A stretch of DNA of 63,840 nucleotides, filler included. It is 9 parts of 9 records of this genome, joined end to end, with 100 filler letters (N's around TTAATTAATTAA, not from the genome) between each part and the next. Parts side by side here need not be neighbours in the genome. Positions count along the whole stretch, not along the records: positions 27,614 to 35,343 come from SRR31156797_30519; positions 35,444 to 42,119 come from SRR31156797_30547; 7 more parts are not named here. One strand, given 5' to 3'. Below are positions 30,987 to 41,000 of this stretch, in pieces. Numbering within the stretch: position 1 is the stretch's first letter; the number at the start of each line of letters is the position of its first letter. The position numbers and the translations under genes are program-made. The notes under the pieces were generated by a model. It saw nothing but the letters and a program-made list of their open reading frames with translations. It did no database searches and had not been told where the DNA came from.

Positions 30987-31048
30987 TTGACATTTCCCTG
31001 CACCTGCTGTTATTAGAATACTAAATATATATTAGAGCTTTCTAATAT
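30987..31048 (+). promoter_or_regulatory. promoter of the ABC operon with palindromic operator(s)
   Basis: TTGACA at 30987; TATTAGAATACTAAATA at 31011-31027; perfect-arm palindrome ATATTAGA-GCTT-TCTAATAT at 31029-31048. Confidence 0.55.
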
Positions 31049-31082
31049 TATTAATGTGGTTCAACAAATAGAATGGCAGATT

Positions 31083-31973
31083 ATGATGAAAAATGTAATT
31101 GAAGTCGAAAACCTCACTCACCGGTTCGGGAAAAGAACGATATACGAAAATCTGAATTTTGTCGTCCCGGCCGGCAAGGTTTACGGTCTTTTGGGAAAAA
31201 ACGGGGTGGGAAAAACCACACTCATCAAAATTCTCATGGGCTTTTTGCGCCCAACCGCCGGCCGGTGCAAGGTCTTCGGCGAGGACTCCCATAATCTTTC
31301 CCCCAATGCCCGGATGCGCATCGGCCTTCTGTTCGAAGGTCATCTGGCCTATGAATTCATGACTATTGCCCAGATAGAGCGTTTTTACAGGCCCCATTAT
31401 CCAAAATGGAACCGCGACTATTACTATTCGCTGGTGGACAAACTGGGCCTGCCCCATGACCACAAAATCGGAAACATGTCCTGCGGTCAACGCTCGCAGG
31501 TGGTCCTCGGCCTGATAATGGCCCAGCAGCCCGAGCTGCTAATTCTGGACGACTATAGCATGGGATTGGATGCCGGCTACCGCCGACTGTTCCTGGACTA
31601 CATGCATGAATATCTTGAAAACAGCAATAAAACCGTCTTCCTCACTTCGCACGTCATTCAGGATATGCAACAGTTTGTCGACGAAGTCATTTTCCTTGAG
31701 CGCGGCGGCCGTATGCTGACCACCTCTCTTCACGAGTTCATGGGTTCATTCCGCTGTTATCGCCTTCCGAAAAACGGGCATGTCAAAAACCCGGATTGCG
31801 GGGATATTATCAAGAATATAGAAGCACATTCCTCTTATTGGGATATTTTCAGTTTTCACGAAGAAAGCCGTGTAGCCGAGGAACTGGCCGGCCAGGGATT
31901 CGATTCGTCGGAACTAGAATGCACTTCCGTCAGCCTGGAAGATTGCTTTATCGGTTACACAGGCAGGTACTAA
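31083..31973 (+). CDS. ABC transporter ATP-binding protein (exporter type)
   Basis: GKNGVGKTT Walker A, MSCGQ signature, LILDD Walker B, SH switch. Confidence 0.92.
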   Translation: MMKNVIEVENLTHRFGKRTIYENLNFVVPAGKVYGLLGKNGVGKTTLIKILMGFLRPTAGRCKVFGEDSHNLSPNARMRIGLLFEGHLAYEFMTIAQIERFYRPHYPKWNRDYYYSLVDKLGLPHDHKIGNMSCGQRSQVVLGLIMAQQPELLILDDYSMGLDAGYRRLFLDYMHEYLENSNKTVFLTSHVIQDMQQFVDEVIFLERGGRMLTTSLHEFMGSFRCYRLPKNGHVKNPDCGDIIKNIEAHSSYWDIFSFHEESRVAEELAGQGFDSSELECTSVSLEDCFIGYTGRY

Positions 31974-31974
31974 T

Positions 31975-32646
31975 ATGATTAAATCGATTTTTTACAAGGA
32001 AATTCTAAAAATACGATGGCCGCTGCTGACGCTGATAGGCCTCAATATCGCACTCATGGCCTACATCTATGCCGACACCCGCCATCTGTTCGCCATGGAT
32101 CATGCCGAGATAGTCTGGTACAGGGTTATGCACCTGGGACAGGTTCATTACGAAATTCTTAAATATGCACCATTGCTGACCGGTCTTCTGTTAGGCTGTA
32201 TGCAATACCTGCCCGAAATGGTCGGCGAACGGTTGAGACTGTCCCTGCATCTGCCTGTATCCACGCACCGCCTCATTTTGGCCCACGTTCTGGTCGGCCT
32301 GGCGGCCGTCGGTTTGACCGTCGGCCTGGACCTTATCGCGCTGGCTTTAATTACGGCCAGGTATTTCCCGATGGAAGCCGTAATAGCCGCCTTTTGGACT
32401 GCGCTGCCCTGGTGCCTGGCCGGCCTGGCCGCGTACATGGGAGTCACCCTCGGCTTGCTTGATCCCGGCTTCAAGCATAAAATTTTCAACATGGTTATCG
32501 CGGCCGGCGCGGCCGGGCTGTTTCTTTATCCCGCCGAACCGGGCGGTTACAATCACGCCCTCATAATTCTCTGGGCGCCTCTCTTGCTCATGATTCCGGC
32601 CGTCCTGCTGCCGGCCTACCGTTTCCGCTTTAGGAGGGCGACCTGA
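31975..32646 (+). CDS. ABC-2-like membrane permease
   Basis: IFYKEILKIR N-terminus, about six hydrophobic helices, LSLHLPVS loop; coupled to the ATPase gene. Confidence 0.75.
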   Translation: MIKSIFYKEILKIRWPLLTLIGLNIALMAYIYADTRHLFAMDHAEIVWYRVMHLGQVHYEILKYAPLLTGLLLGCMQYLPEMVGERLRLSLHLPVSTHRLILAHVLVGLAAVGLTVGLDLIALALITARYFPMEAVIAAFWTALPWCLAGLAAYMGVTLGLLDPGFKHKIFNMVIAAGAAGLFLYPAEPGGYNHALIILWAPLLLMIPAVLLPAYRFRFRRAT

Positions 32647-33926
32647 TGAGAAAACTGGCTACAGCAGCGTTGATACTACTTTCAATTGTTATAATGGCTG
32701 TCTATCTTCCCATGCTGTATGAAAAGCTGTTTTTCGACAGGGTTGAAAAAACCCACCTTTTCTACAGCCCCGTATCGGAACGTTTTATTTTTCTGGAAAA
32801 AATCGTCGGAAAAATTCCACCGGAATCCCTGGACAAAGCTGAAGATCATCACGCGGAAATGGCGTACCGGGATCAGGACGGCGCCTGGTACACCCGTGTG
32901 GAATTCGAAAAGCAGCTTCCTTTTATTTACTACAAGAATATGGAATTGTGGGGGCTTCTGCCCATAACCCTGAGCGGCCGGGAACTTGACAAAAAGACCA
33001 TCAAAAAAAACAGGCGCGTCCTGGAATTCAAACCCGGGGATATTAACGACCTTAAACCTGGCACGCCTTTGTGGCCCTTGCTTGAATCCAATACCGGGCA
33101 GGTTAGGCTGGTTTTTCCCGAGGATCGCTTTCGGATGACGGCCAAGGCCATGGAGTTCGTCAATGCCGACCATAATACAATTGACTATGAACTGACCGAC
33201 CTTTTCACCAAGGCGCTCAAAGATAAAGGTTTCGTTTTTCCCGCGCGTTCGGTCAACGGCAAATTCACGGTTTTAAAACCCTTTGACGAAGGCGCCTTTA
33301 TTGTGGACGGTAAATACAGGGTTTTCCACATCAAGCGCCGGGACGGCAAGCCAGTTGTGGTTAAAACGCCGATCGACCCGGCCCTAAAAACCAGGCACAT
33401 CAAAATATCTGAAAATAAAAAACGCGAACACTACGGCCTGCTGCTTTCCGGGAACGGCGACCTGTATCTGATAAGCTATGATAATTACAGGCTGACCCCC
33501 ATACCTCTGAAAGGCTACGATCCCGACCGTATGGATTTCAAGCTTATATTCAATCCTCTCTATCGCACGGCCGTTTATTCCGATGACGCCATAATCAGGG
33601 CCGTGGCCATGGACCTGAACTATCAGCCCCTGGCCCGGTATGAACACCGAATGTCCAGGTCCAATACAACACCGGCGCAAACAATATACAATGCCGTTTT
33701 TCCTTTCAGCGTCTACTTGGAAGAGAAGGACGGCGGCCGCCTTAAGCTTTTCGCCCAAACCGGCGGCTGGATATCATTAATCGGCATGATCGGCAGCCTT
33801 GTATTCTTGATAATATGGCGCTGGACCAGACAGAAACGCCTGCCTGAAGCAATGGAGGCCGGCCTGGTCTTTCTGACCGGCATTTACGGTCTCATATCTC
33901 TGACAATTATGGAGCAGGAAAGCTGA
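32646..33926 (+). CDS. DUF4857-like membrane-anchored periplasmic protein
   Basis: N- and C-terminal TM helices around a large soluble domain (FYSPV, LPFIYY, KPFDEG); family assignment from memory. Confidence 0.6.
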   Translation: MRKLATAALILLSIVIMAVYLPMLYEKLFFDRVEKTHLFYSPVSERFIFLEKIVGKIPPESLDKAEDHHAEMAYRDQDGAWYTRVEFEKQLPFIYYKNMELWGLLPITLSGRELDKKTIKKNRRVLEFKPGDINDLKPGTPLWPLLESNTGQVRLVFPEDRFRMTAKAMEFVNADHNTIDYELTDLFTKALKDKGFVFPARSVNGKFTVLKPFDEGAFIVDGKYRVFHIKRRDGKPVVVKTPIDPALKTRHIKISENKKREHYGLLLSGNGDLYLISYDNYRLTPIPLKGYDPDRMDFKLIFNPLYRTAVYSDDAIIRAVAMDLNYQPLARYEHRMSRSNTTPAQTIYNAVFPFSVYLEEKDGGRLKLFAQTGGWISLIGMIGSLVFLIIWRWTRQKRLPEAMEAGLVFLTGIYGLISLTIMEQES

Positions 33927-33960
33927 AAGATCCTTGCGGCCGGGCCCGCTTCCGGCCGCG

Positions 33961-35343
33961 TTAACCTGCTTTTATACGGTATTCTTCTATATGCAGACTG
34001 TCGTCCGAACGGATGATGACCCTCTTGCCCAGCATTGATTCCATTTCATCCAGGGAGTGCCTTTCCTCATCCAGAAGAAGCTCTTTTAGTTCAGGATGAA
34101 CTATAAGGAACAAAGCGCCGGCCGAAGTCTGCAGGGCTTCCCGTTCAAGATCGCGAAAAGCTTCGTGACAGACCGATGTTTTGGAAAGCAGATATCCTTC
34201 GCCCTGGCAATAAAAACAAGGCTCCCTTAAAAGGCGGTCTATATCTTCCCGGGTCCGCTTACGGGTCATTTCAATGAGGCCCAGTTCGCTCATCTGCAAA
34301 ACCTTGGTCTTGCTTCTATCACGGTGTAGAGCGTCTTTCAGGGCGGTATAAACCTTTTCCCTGTTTGCCTCACGTTCCATGTCTATAAAATCGATCACGA
34401 TCAATCCGCCGATGTTGCGCAGCCTGAGCTGATAAGCTATTTCCTTGACCGCTTCCAGGTTTGTTTTAAGAATGGTTTCTTCAAGATTGTGCTGCCCCAC
34501 GTATCGGCCGGTATTAACGTCAATTGCGGTCAGGGCTTCTGTTGATTCTATGACGATGTAGCCGCCGGATTTAAGCCATACTTTTTTGGCCAGGGCCCGG
34601 GCGATTTCCATTTCAATGCCGTACGCGTCAAATATGGGTTCCTTGCCCCGGTACAGTTCAACGGATGACGTCAGTCCCAGGGAAAAGCCTTCGATAAATC
34701 TTCTTATTTTTTCATATTCATCTTCGCTGTCAATAATAAGGCGATCCACACCCTCGGTGAAAAGATCCCGAACCGTCCTCAGGGTGGCGTCGAGTTCCTG
34801 GTGGATCAGGCTGGGAACGGGTGCATTGATGGTTTTTTCCTGAATGTTGTGCCAGACCTTTATCAGAAAATCCATTTCCGAACTGATGCGGTCTCTTTCG
34901 GCGCCTTCGCTGGCTGTTCTGGCGATAAAGCCGAATTCCTTTAGCCTGAGTTCTTCTATCAGGTCCCGCAAACGCTTTCGTTCTTCTTCATCTTCTATGC
35001 GCCTGGAAATGCCGATATGGCCGGCTGTGGGCATAAGCACCAGATGGCGGCCCGGAAGCGACACATGGGAAGTGACCCTGGCGCCTTTATGGCCCATGGG
35101 CTCCTTGGAAACCTGGATCAGTATTTCCTGGCCTTCATGGAGGAGTTCTTCAATCAAAAAAGAATGATCGCTATAGGCGGAATCCATTCCGGAGTCGGCT
35201 TCTTCCGCGGCCAACCCATTGTCAACCCCGTTTTCCTGCCTTAGAAGCTGCTCGAATTCTCTTTTATGGTCGTATACATCGGCAACGTATAAAAAAGCGG
35301 CCCTTTCCTGGCCGATATCCACGAATGCCGCCTGCATTCCGGG
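33961..35343 (-). CDS. rng: Rne/Rng family ribonuclease, RNase G-like (5' truncated)
   Basis: MQAAFVDIG, QVSKEP...KGARVT, IDVNTG, LRLRNIGGLIVIDFIDM, EMTRKR, CxxC. Confidence 0.92.
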   Translation of the reverse strand, partial: PGMQAAFVDIGQERAAFLYVADVYDHKREFEQLLRQENGVDNGLAAEEADSGMDSAYSDHSFLIEELLHEGQEILIQVSKEPMGHKGARVTSHVSLPGRHLVLMPTAGHIGISRRIEDEEERKRLRDLIEELRLKEFGFIARTASEGAERDRISSEMDFLIKVWHNIQEKTINAPVPSLIHQELDATLRTVRDLFTEGVDRLIIDSEDEYEKIRRFIEGFSLGLTSSVELYRGKEPIFDAYGIEMEIARALAKKVWLKSGGYIVIESTEALTAIDVNTGRYVGQHNLEETILKTNLEAVKEIAYQLRLRNIGGLIVIDFIDMEREANREKVYTALKDALHRDRSKTKVLQMSELGLIEMTRKRTREDIDRLLREPCFYCQGEGYLLSKTSVCHEAFRDLEREALQTSAGALFLIVHPELKELLLDEERHSLDEMESMLGKRVIIRSDDSLHIEEYRIKAG

Positions 35344-35443
35344 NNNNNNNNNNNNNNNNNNNNNNNNNNNNNNNNNNNNNNNNNNNNTTAATTAATTAAN
35401 NNNNNNNNNNNNNNNNNNNNNNNNNNNNNNNNNNNNNNNNNNN
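35344..35443. other. artificial contig spacer
   Basis: N-run / TTAATTAATTAA / N-run. Confidence 0.99.
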
Positions 35444-35776
35444 CGATGCCGCATCACATACCGGAAACTGGGTTCCTGGGAAAAAGTGGTTCCGGAAATG
35501 TTCGGAGAACCGGCCAGGGCCATCAGCCGGAATGTGATGGTCATCGCAATCGGCTTTCTTCCCCTTACCGTGGCCAAACTTGTACCCTACAAAATAACCG
35601 GGCTCATGCTGTTCGCCATACTTTCTTTTTCAGGCATCATTACTTTGCTGGTGTTGCCGGCTGTCTTGAGTCTTGCTGAAAAACGTTTTTTCAAAAATAT
35701 AAAAACCGGAGCTGCGGAAGATGATGCGTCGTCAAGCGTAACCGGCAGCCGCCTCGGTAACGAAAAAACGGCTTAA
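35444..35776 (+). CDS. MMPL/RND family transporter, C-terminal fragment
   Basis: EPARAISRNVMVIAIGFLPL...TLLVLPAVL matches the final helices of MMPL proteins; frame open to the contig edge. Confidence 0.75.
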   Translation, partial: RCRITYRKLGSWEKVVPEMFGEPARAISRNVMVIAIGFLPLTVAKLVPYKITGLMLFAILSFSGIITLLVLPAVLSLAEKRFFKNIKTGAAEDDASSSVTGSRLGNEKTA

Positions 35777-35917
35777 CATCCATAAATGTAAAAGGAAAAG
35801 GGATTCGGTATCAACGTCGGCCCGGCTTATATCGCAGGTAGGAAATCATCCGCACATGCGGTTGTCCGGCCGACGCGGAACCACGTTCCCCACATCCTCG
35901 TGAAAGGAGTAAATACC

Positions 35918-36748
35918 ATGAAAGCAAAATTATTTATAATTACACTGTTGTTCGTCCTGATCTCCCTGCCTGTTATTGCCGGTGGATCAACCGCACTGTC
36001 GGTGGATGAAATCGTCAAAAAAGCCAACCACGCCGCCCTGTACCAGGGAACAAGCACCAAAGGCCGGGTGCACCTGACCATTACCGACAAGCAGGGCCGC
36101 ACAAGGGAGAGGACCTTGAATATCCTCCGCCTGGATACCGGCGAACAGGACCGGGACCAGAAGTATTTCACCTATTTCAAGGCCCCGGCCGATGTCCGCA
36201 AGATGGTCTTTATGGTGCACAAGCATGCAGCCCTTGAGAAAGACGATGACAGATGGCTCTACATGCCCAGCCTCGACCTTGTCAAACGCATTGCGGCAAG
36301 CGACAAGCGGACGAGTTTCGTGGGCTCGGATTTTTTGTATGAAGATATTTCAGGCCGGAGCATTGACGAGGATACCCATGAGCTGATCAGCACCACGGAA
36401 AAATACTACATCCTGAAGAATGTGCCGAAACAGCCTGAAACCGTGGAGTTTGCATACTATACGGCCCATATCGATAAAAAGACCTTCATACCTGTGAAGA
36501 CATCCTTTTACAAAAAAGACGGCGGCCTCTATCGGGTCATGGAGGCGGTGAAGGTGGAAAACATCACCGCCCGGGAAAACGGCAAAGGGGTTGTTTATCC
36601 CACGGTGGTCCAATCAAGGGTTCAGAACCTGGAAAACGGCAGCCGTACGGAAATGACCTTTTCCAATATCAAATACAACCTGGGGATCGGTGACCGGATC
36701 TTTACGGAACGGTATTTGAGAAAACCGCCAAGGGATGTGATGAGATGA
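35918..36748 (+). CDS. outer-membrane lipoprotein-sorting (LolA-like) protein
   Basis: signal peptide; FKAPADVR, DDRWLYMPSL..VKRIA..DK..SFVGSDFLYED; SD AGGAG. Confidence 0.85.
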   Translation: MKAKLFIITLLFVLISLPVIAGGSTALSVDEIVKKANHAALYQGTSTKGRVHLTITDKQGRTRERTLNILRLDTGEQDRDQKYFTYFKAPADVRKMVFMVHKHAALEKDDDRWLYMPSLDLVKRIAASDKRTSFVGSDFLYEDISGRSIDEDTHELISTTEKYYILKNVPKQPETVEFAYYTAHIDKKTFIPVKTSFYKKDGGLYRVMEAVKVENITARENGKGVVYPTVVQSRVQNLENGSRTEMTFSNIKYNLGIGDRIFTERYLRKPPRDVMR

Positions 36749-38034
36749 GACATGCACCAAGTATAAAGGGCCTTGTCATATTGTTGCTGTTCGTGCTCCG
36801 GCTGACCTGTTCCAAGCCCCCGGCCGAAGCCGGGGAAGGTTGGCCGGACGCGCCCATGGAGAACCTGGAGGTGAACGGTTTCGTTGAGGTGAGGGCCGGA
36901 TGCAGAACCCAAAGCGATCCCCATGAAAAGGACCTTTCCGTCATGGACACCCGTTTTCAGGCGGAGGTTTTCACCTATAACGATTTTGCCGACTTCAAGT
37001 ACAAGGCGGACCTGTGGGGGGATGGCATCACGGAACAGGGCGAATATGATACCCGGGAGGCCTGGGTGTTTCTGAGGCCCTCGGATGCCGTTGATTTAAA
37101 AATCGGCCGGCAGGTCCTCACCTGGGGAACGGGGGACCTGGTGTTCCTGAATGATCTTTTTCCCAAGGATTGGCAGTCTTTCTTCATCGGCCGGGATGAC
37201 GAGTACTTGAAGGCGCCCTCGGATGCCGTTAAGGTCAGTTATTTTACGGATATCGCAAGCGTGGATCTTGTGTACACCCCCCAATTCGATCCGGACCGGT
37301 TCATCACCGGGGAGTATATTTCCTACTGGAACGGCCGGGAGCAGCGGCTGTCGGGACAGGATGACCGGGTTGACCCGGACAGGCCGGATAAATGGTTCCG
37401 GGACGATGAGATCGCAATTCGTATATATAAGAACATCAATAACTATGAATATGCCCTGTACGGTTATTCCGGGTTCTGGAAACAACCCGCCGGGGAAAGC
37501 CCGGAAGGTGGCAAGGCCCGCTTCCCGAGGTTGAATGTCTATGGCGCCAGTGTCAGGGGCCAGGTCGGTTCCGGCATTGGCAACATGGAGGTCGCCTGGT
37601 ATGACTCCCGGGACGATACCGGGGGCGGGGACGCCATGGTGCACAATTCCGAGATGCGCTATCTCGTTGGGTATACACAGGATATGGCAAGGGATTTCAA
37701 TGTAAGCCTCCAGTACTATCTTGAACAGATGCTCAATTACGGGGAATACAAGAAAAACCTGTCCCAGGGCCCTGCAAAGGACCGGGCAAGGCATGTCATC
37801 ACCCTGCAGCTGACAAAGCTGATGATGAACCAGAACCTTACCCTTGCCCTGTCCGGATACGTTTCACCCAGTGATGAAGATGCCTGCCTCCGTCCCAATA
37901 TCAGCTACAAGGCAAGCGACAGGCTGATTGTGGAAGCAGGGGCGAATATTTTTACCGGGAATGACACCCATACGTTTTTCGCCCAGTTCGAAAATAATAC
38001 CAACATTTACACGGCTGTCCGGTACAGCTTTTAA
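36745..38034 (+). CDS. putative outer-membrane beta-barrel protein
   Basis: REAW...DLKIGRQVLTWGTGD motif, amphipathic strands, terminal YSF; ATGA overlap with the upstream gene. Confidence 0.7.
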   Translation: MRHAPSIKGLVILLLFVLRLTCSKPPAEAGEGWPDAPMENLEVNGFVEVRAGCRTQSDPHEKDLSVMDTRFQAEVFTYNDFADFKYKADLWGDGITEQGEYDTREAWVFLRPSDAVDLKIGRQVLTWGTGDLVFLNDLFPKDWQSFFIGRDDEYLKAPSDAVKVSYFTDIASVDLVYTPQFDPDRFITGEYISYWNGREQRLSGQDDRVDPDRPDKWFRDDEIAIRIYKNINNYEYALYGYSGFWKQPAGESPEGGKARFPRLNVYGASVRGQVGSGIGNMEVAWYDSRDDTGGGDAMVHNSEMRYLVGYTQDMARDFNVSLQYYLEQMLNYGEYKKNLSQGPAKDRARHVITLQLTKLMMNQNLTLALSGYVSPSDEDACLRPNISYKASDRLIVEAGANIFTGNDTHTFFAQFENNTNIYTAVRYSF

Positions 38035-38045
38035 AGGAGAATTCC

Positions 38046-41000
38046 ATGTACGGTATAGGCTTGGACATTGGATATTCGGCAATCAAGACCGCATTGGTGG
38101 ATGGGAACAATAAAATCCATTACACCCAATACACCCTGCACAGGGGAGATATTAAAGGCACCCTGAAAAAACATCTCAGGGAGCTTGTCAAAAATTACAA
38201 TTCAAGTGAGATCACCTTCGGCACCGTGACCGGCAAGGGAAGCGGCCTTTTCTTCAGGCCGGGGCAGATCGAGCCGGTGAACGAGGTCACGGCCCTGGTT
38301 GAAGGAAGCCTTGGAACCGATGAAAATATCCGATCCATCGTCGAGATCGGCGGTCAAGGGGCTAAATATATCACCGGGTTTAACAAAAAGGATAGATCCG
38401 GGATAAATATTTTCATGAATTCCAACTGCTCGGCGGGTACCGGTTCGTTCCTGGAGGAGCAGGTATCACGGCTGAACCTGAACCTTGAGGACTACTCCGC
38501 CCATGCGGCAAGGGCCGGGTCCATACCCAGGATAGCGGGGCGGTGCAGCGTGTTTGCCAAGACGGATATTACCCACCACCAGCAGGAGGGCACACCGGTG
38601 GAAGATATCCTGCTGGGCCTTGCCTATGCCGTGGTCAGGAATTTCCGGGTGGCGGTGATGAAAAAGCGGTCCATGGAAAAACCCGTCCTGTTTGCAGGCG
38701 GGGTGGCCCGCAACCAGGGGATTGTCACGGCCTTGAAAGACCTGCTGGACCTGAAGGAAGAGGAGCTGATCATCCCCGGCCATTCCGGCAGTGTCGGGGC
38801 GGTGGGGGCGGCGATCCTCGGGATCAGGGGCAATCGAACCATCGATCTGAACAGGATGATCCAGGACCTGGAACGGATGGATGACGATTGCGGTAATCGG
38901 GATGACGGGATATCCCTGCCCCCCTTGATCTCCTTTGGCTGGGATGACAGCCTGGACAGGCACGATCCCCTGGAGATCGGCCGGGAAAACCAGACCCTGA
39001 AGTGCTATTTGGGCATCGATGTGGGGTCCACCAGCACCAACCTGGTCCTGAGCGACAGGGACAACGACATCATCTCCCACAGGTATTTGAGAACCAAGGG
39101 AGATCCTGCCACAGCCGTCAGGCAAGGGCTGAAGGAGCTGAAAGAGGCGTTCGGCAACAGGATAAAGGTTGTCGGCGCAGGTGTGACAGGCTCGGGCCGG
39201 TACCACATTGCAAGGCTTGTGGGAGCGGATGTCGTGAAGGATGAAATCACGGCCCAGGCAAAGGCTGCCGTTGCCATTGATCCCCATGTGGACACCATAT
39301 TTGAGATAGGCGGACAGGACTCCAAATTTATCAGCATCAGGGATGGCCGGGTCGTGGATTTTCAGATGAATAAGGTCTGTGCCGCGGGAACCGGCTCTTT
39401 TATCGAGGAGCAGGCCAAGAAATTTAAAATCCCCATCAATGGATTCGGCGACATCGCCCTTAACAGCAACCATCCCATTGGTTTGGGAGAAAGGTGCACC
39501 GTCTTTATAGAGACAACCATCGCCTCCCATCTCGCAAGGGGCGCAAAGGTGGATGATATCGCCTCGGGCCTCTGCTACGCCATTGTCAAGAATTACCTCA
39601 ACCGGGTCGTGGGGCGGAAAACAATCGGGAAAAAGATATTTTTCCAGGGGGGACTTGCCTTTAACCAGGGGGTTATCAACGCATTCAGGGCCATCCTTGG
39701 AAAGGACATCATCATTCCGCCCTTTTTCAGTGTCACCGGCGCCCTTGGGGCCGCGATCCTGGCAAAGGAGGAGATGGGAAATATCCAAACCGCCTTCAAG
39801 GGGTTTGAGATCGAGGCAAAAGGGGTATCCCGTGAGAAAAAAAAAGCGCCGACCCCCGGGCCGGGCAGGAAGGACGGCTTTGTTAAACAGGTGGAAAGCC
39901 TGATATTCGAGGGCTATGATCCCATTGTCGATCCCCGGAAAAAAACCGTGGGCATCCCAAGGGCCCTGTTCACCTTTGGCATGTTCTCCATGTTCAACGC
40001 TTTCTTCAAGGCCCTTGATTTTAATGTGATCCTGTCCGATCCGACTGATGAAAAGACCATCGGGCTTGCCCAGGAGTACTCCCTGGATGAAACCTGTTAT
40101 CCCGTCAAGCTGATCAACGGCCATGTGGCCCAGCTGGTGGCAAAAAAGGTTGATTATCTCTTTTTTCCCGACCTTTACACGGTAAACCATCCGGGTTCCG
40201 AGACCCGGCAGAACTACGGGTGTGCCTATATGCAGGTGGCCTTCAAGATCATCAACCAGGCCATGGAACTGGAAAAAAGAGGCATAAAGCTGCTGGCCCC
40301 GACCATTGCCTTTAACCAGGGCCCGGAGTTCATGATGAACAGCTTTGCCGGTCTGGGGAAGGAACTTGGCAGGAGCCGGGAAGCAAGCTTCAATGCCCTT
40401 GAAAAAGGAATGCAGGGGTTCCACGGATTCGAGCAGCGGCTGAAAATAAACGGGGAAAAAGTCATCCGGCGGATCAAGCCCAATGAAAAGGTCTTTGTCA
40501 TTATCTCAAAAATATATGGGGTGGCAGACCCCGTGTTGAACATGGGGATTCCTGATAAGCTCATGGAGATGGGATATAAGACCATCTCCTTTTTTGACCT
40601 GCCCGAAGGCAGGATCTTCAAGGACCACCCCAACCTGTACTGGCCCTTTGCCCAGCACATCCTGGACCCGGCATATCTCATCAAAGAGCATCCCAATCTC
40701 TATGCCATCCTGCTGACCCACCACGGTTGCGGCCCGGACTCGGTGACATCCCATTTCTTCAGTGAAATCATGGGAGAAAAGCCGTTTTTGAATGTCGAGG
40801 TGGATGAGCACGCCTCCGGGGTCGGGGTGGTGACAAGGCTCGAGGCGTTTGTCAACAGCCTCTCGGGTACGGAAACGAAAAACGCCCGGGACATGGCGTT
40901 TTATCAGGACAGGGTGCGCCATGACGGCGTAAACATCAAACGGAGTTTAAAAGAGCTGGCCCCCGGGACAACCCTCTATCTTCCCAATATCTATCCCTAC

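Noticed and set aside
38466..40424. 652-aa ORF on the minus strand
   Set aside because: Antisense shadow of the activase gene in GC-rich DNA, with no recognisable motifs. The same applies to the many short overlapping ORFs in the track.
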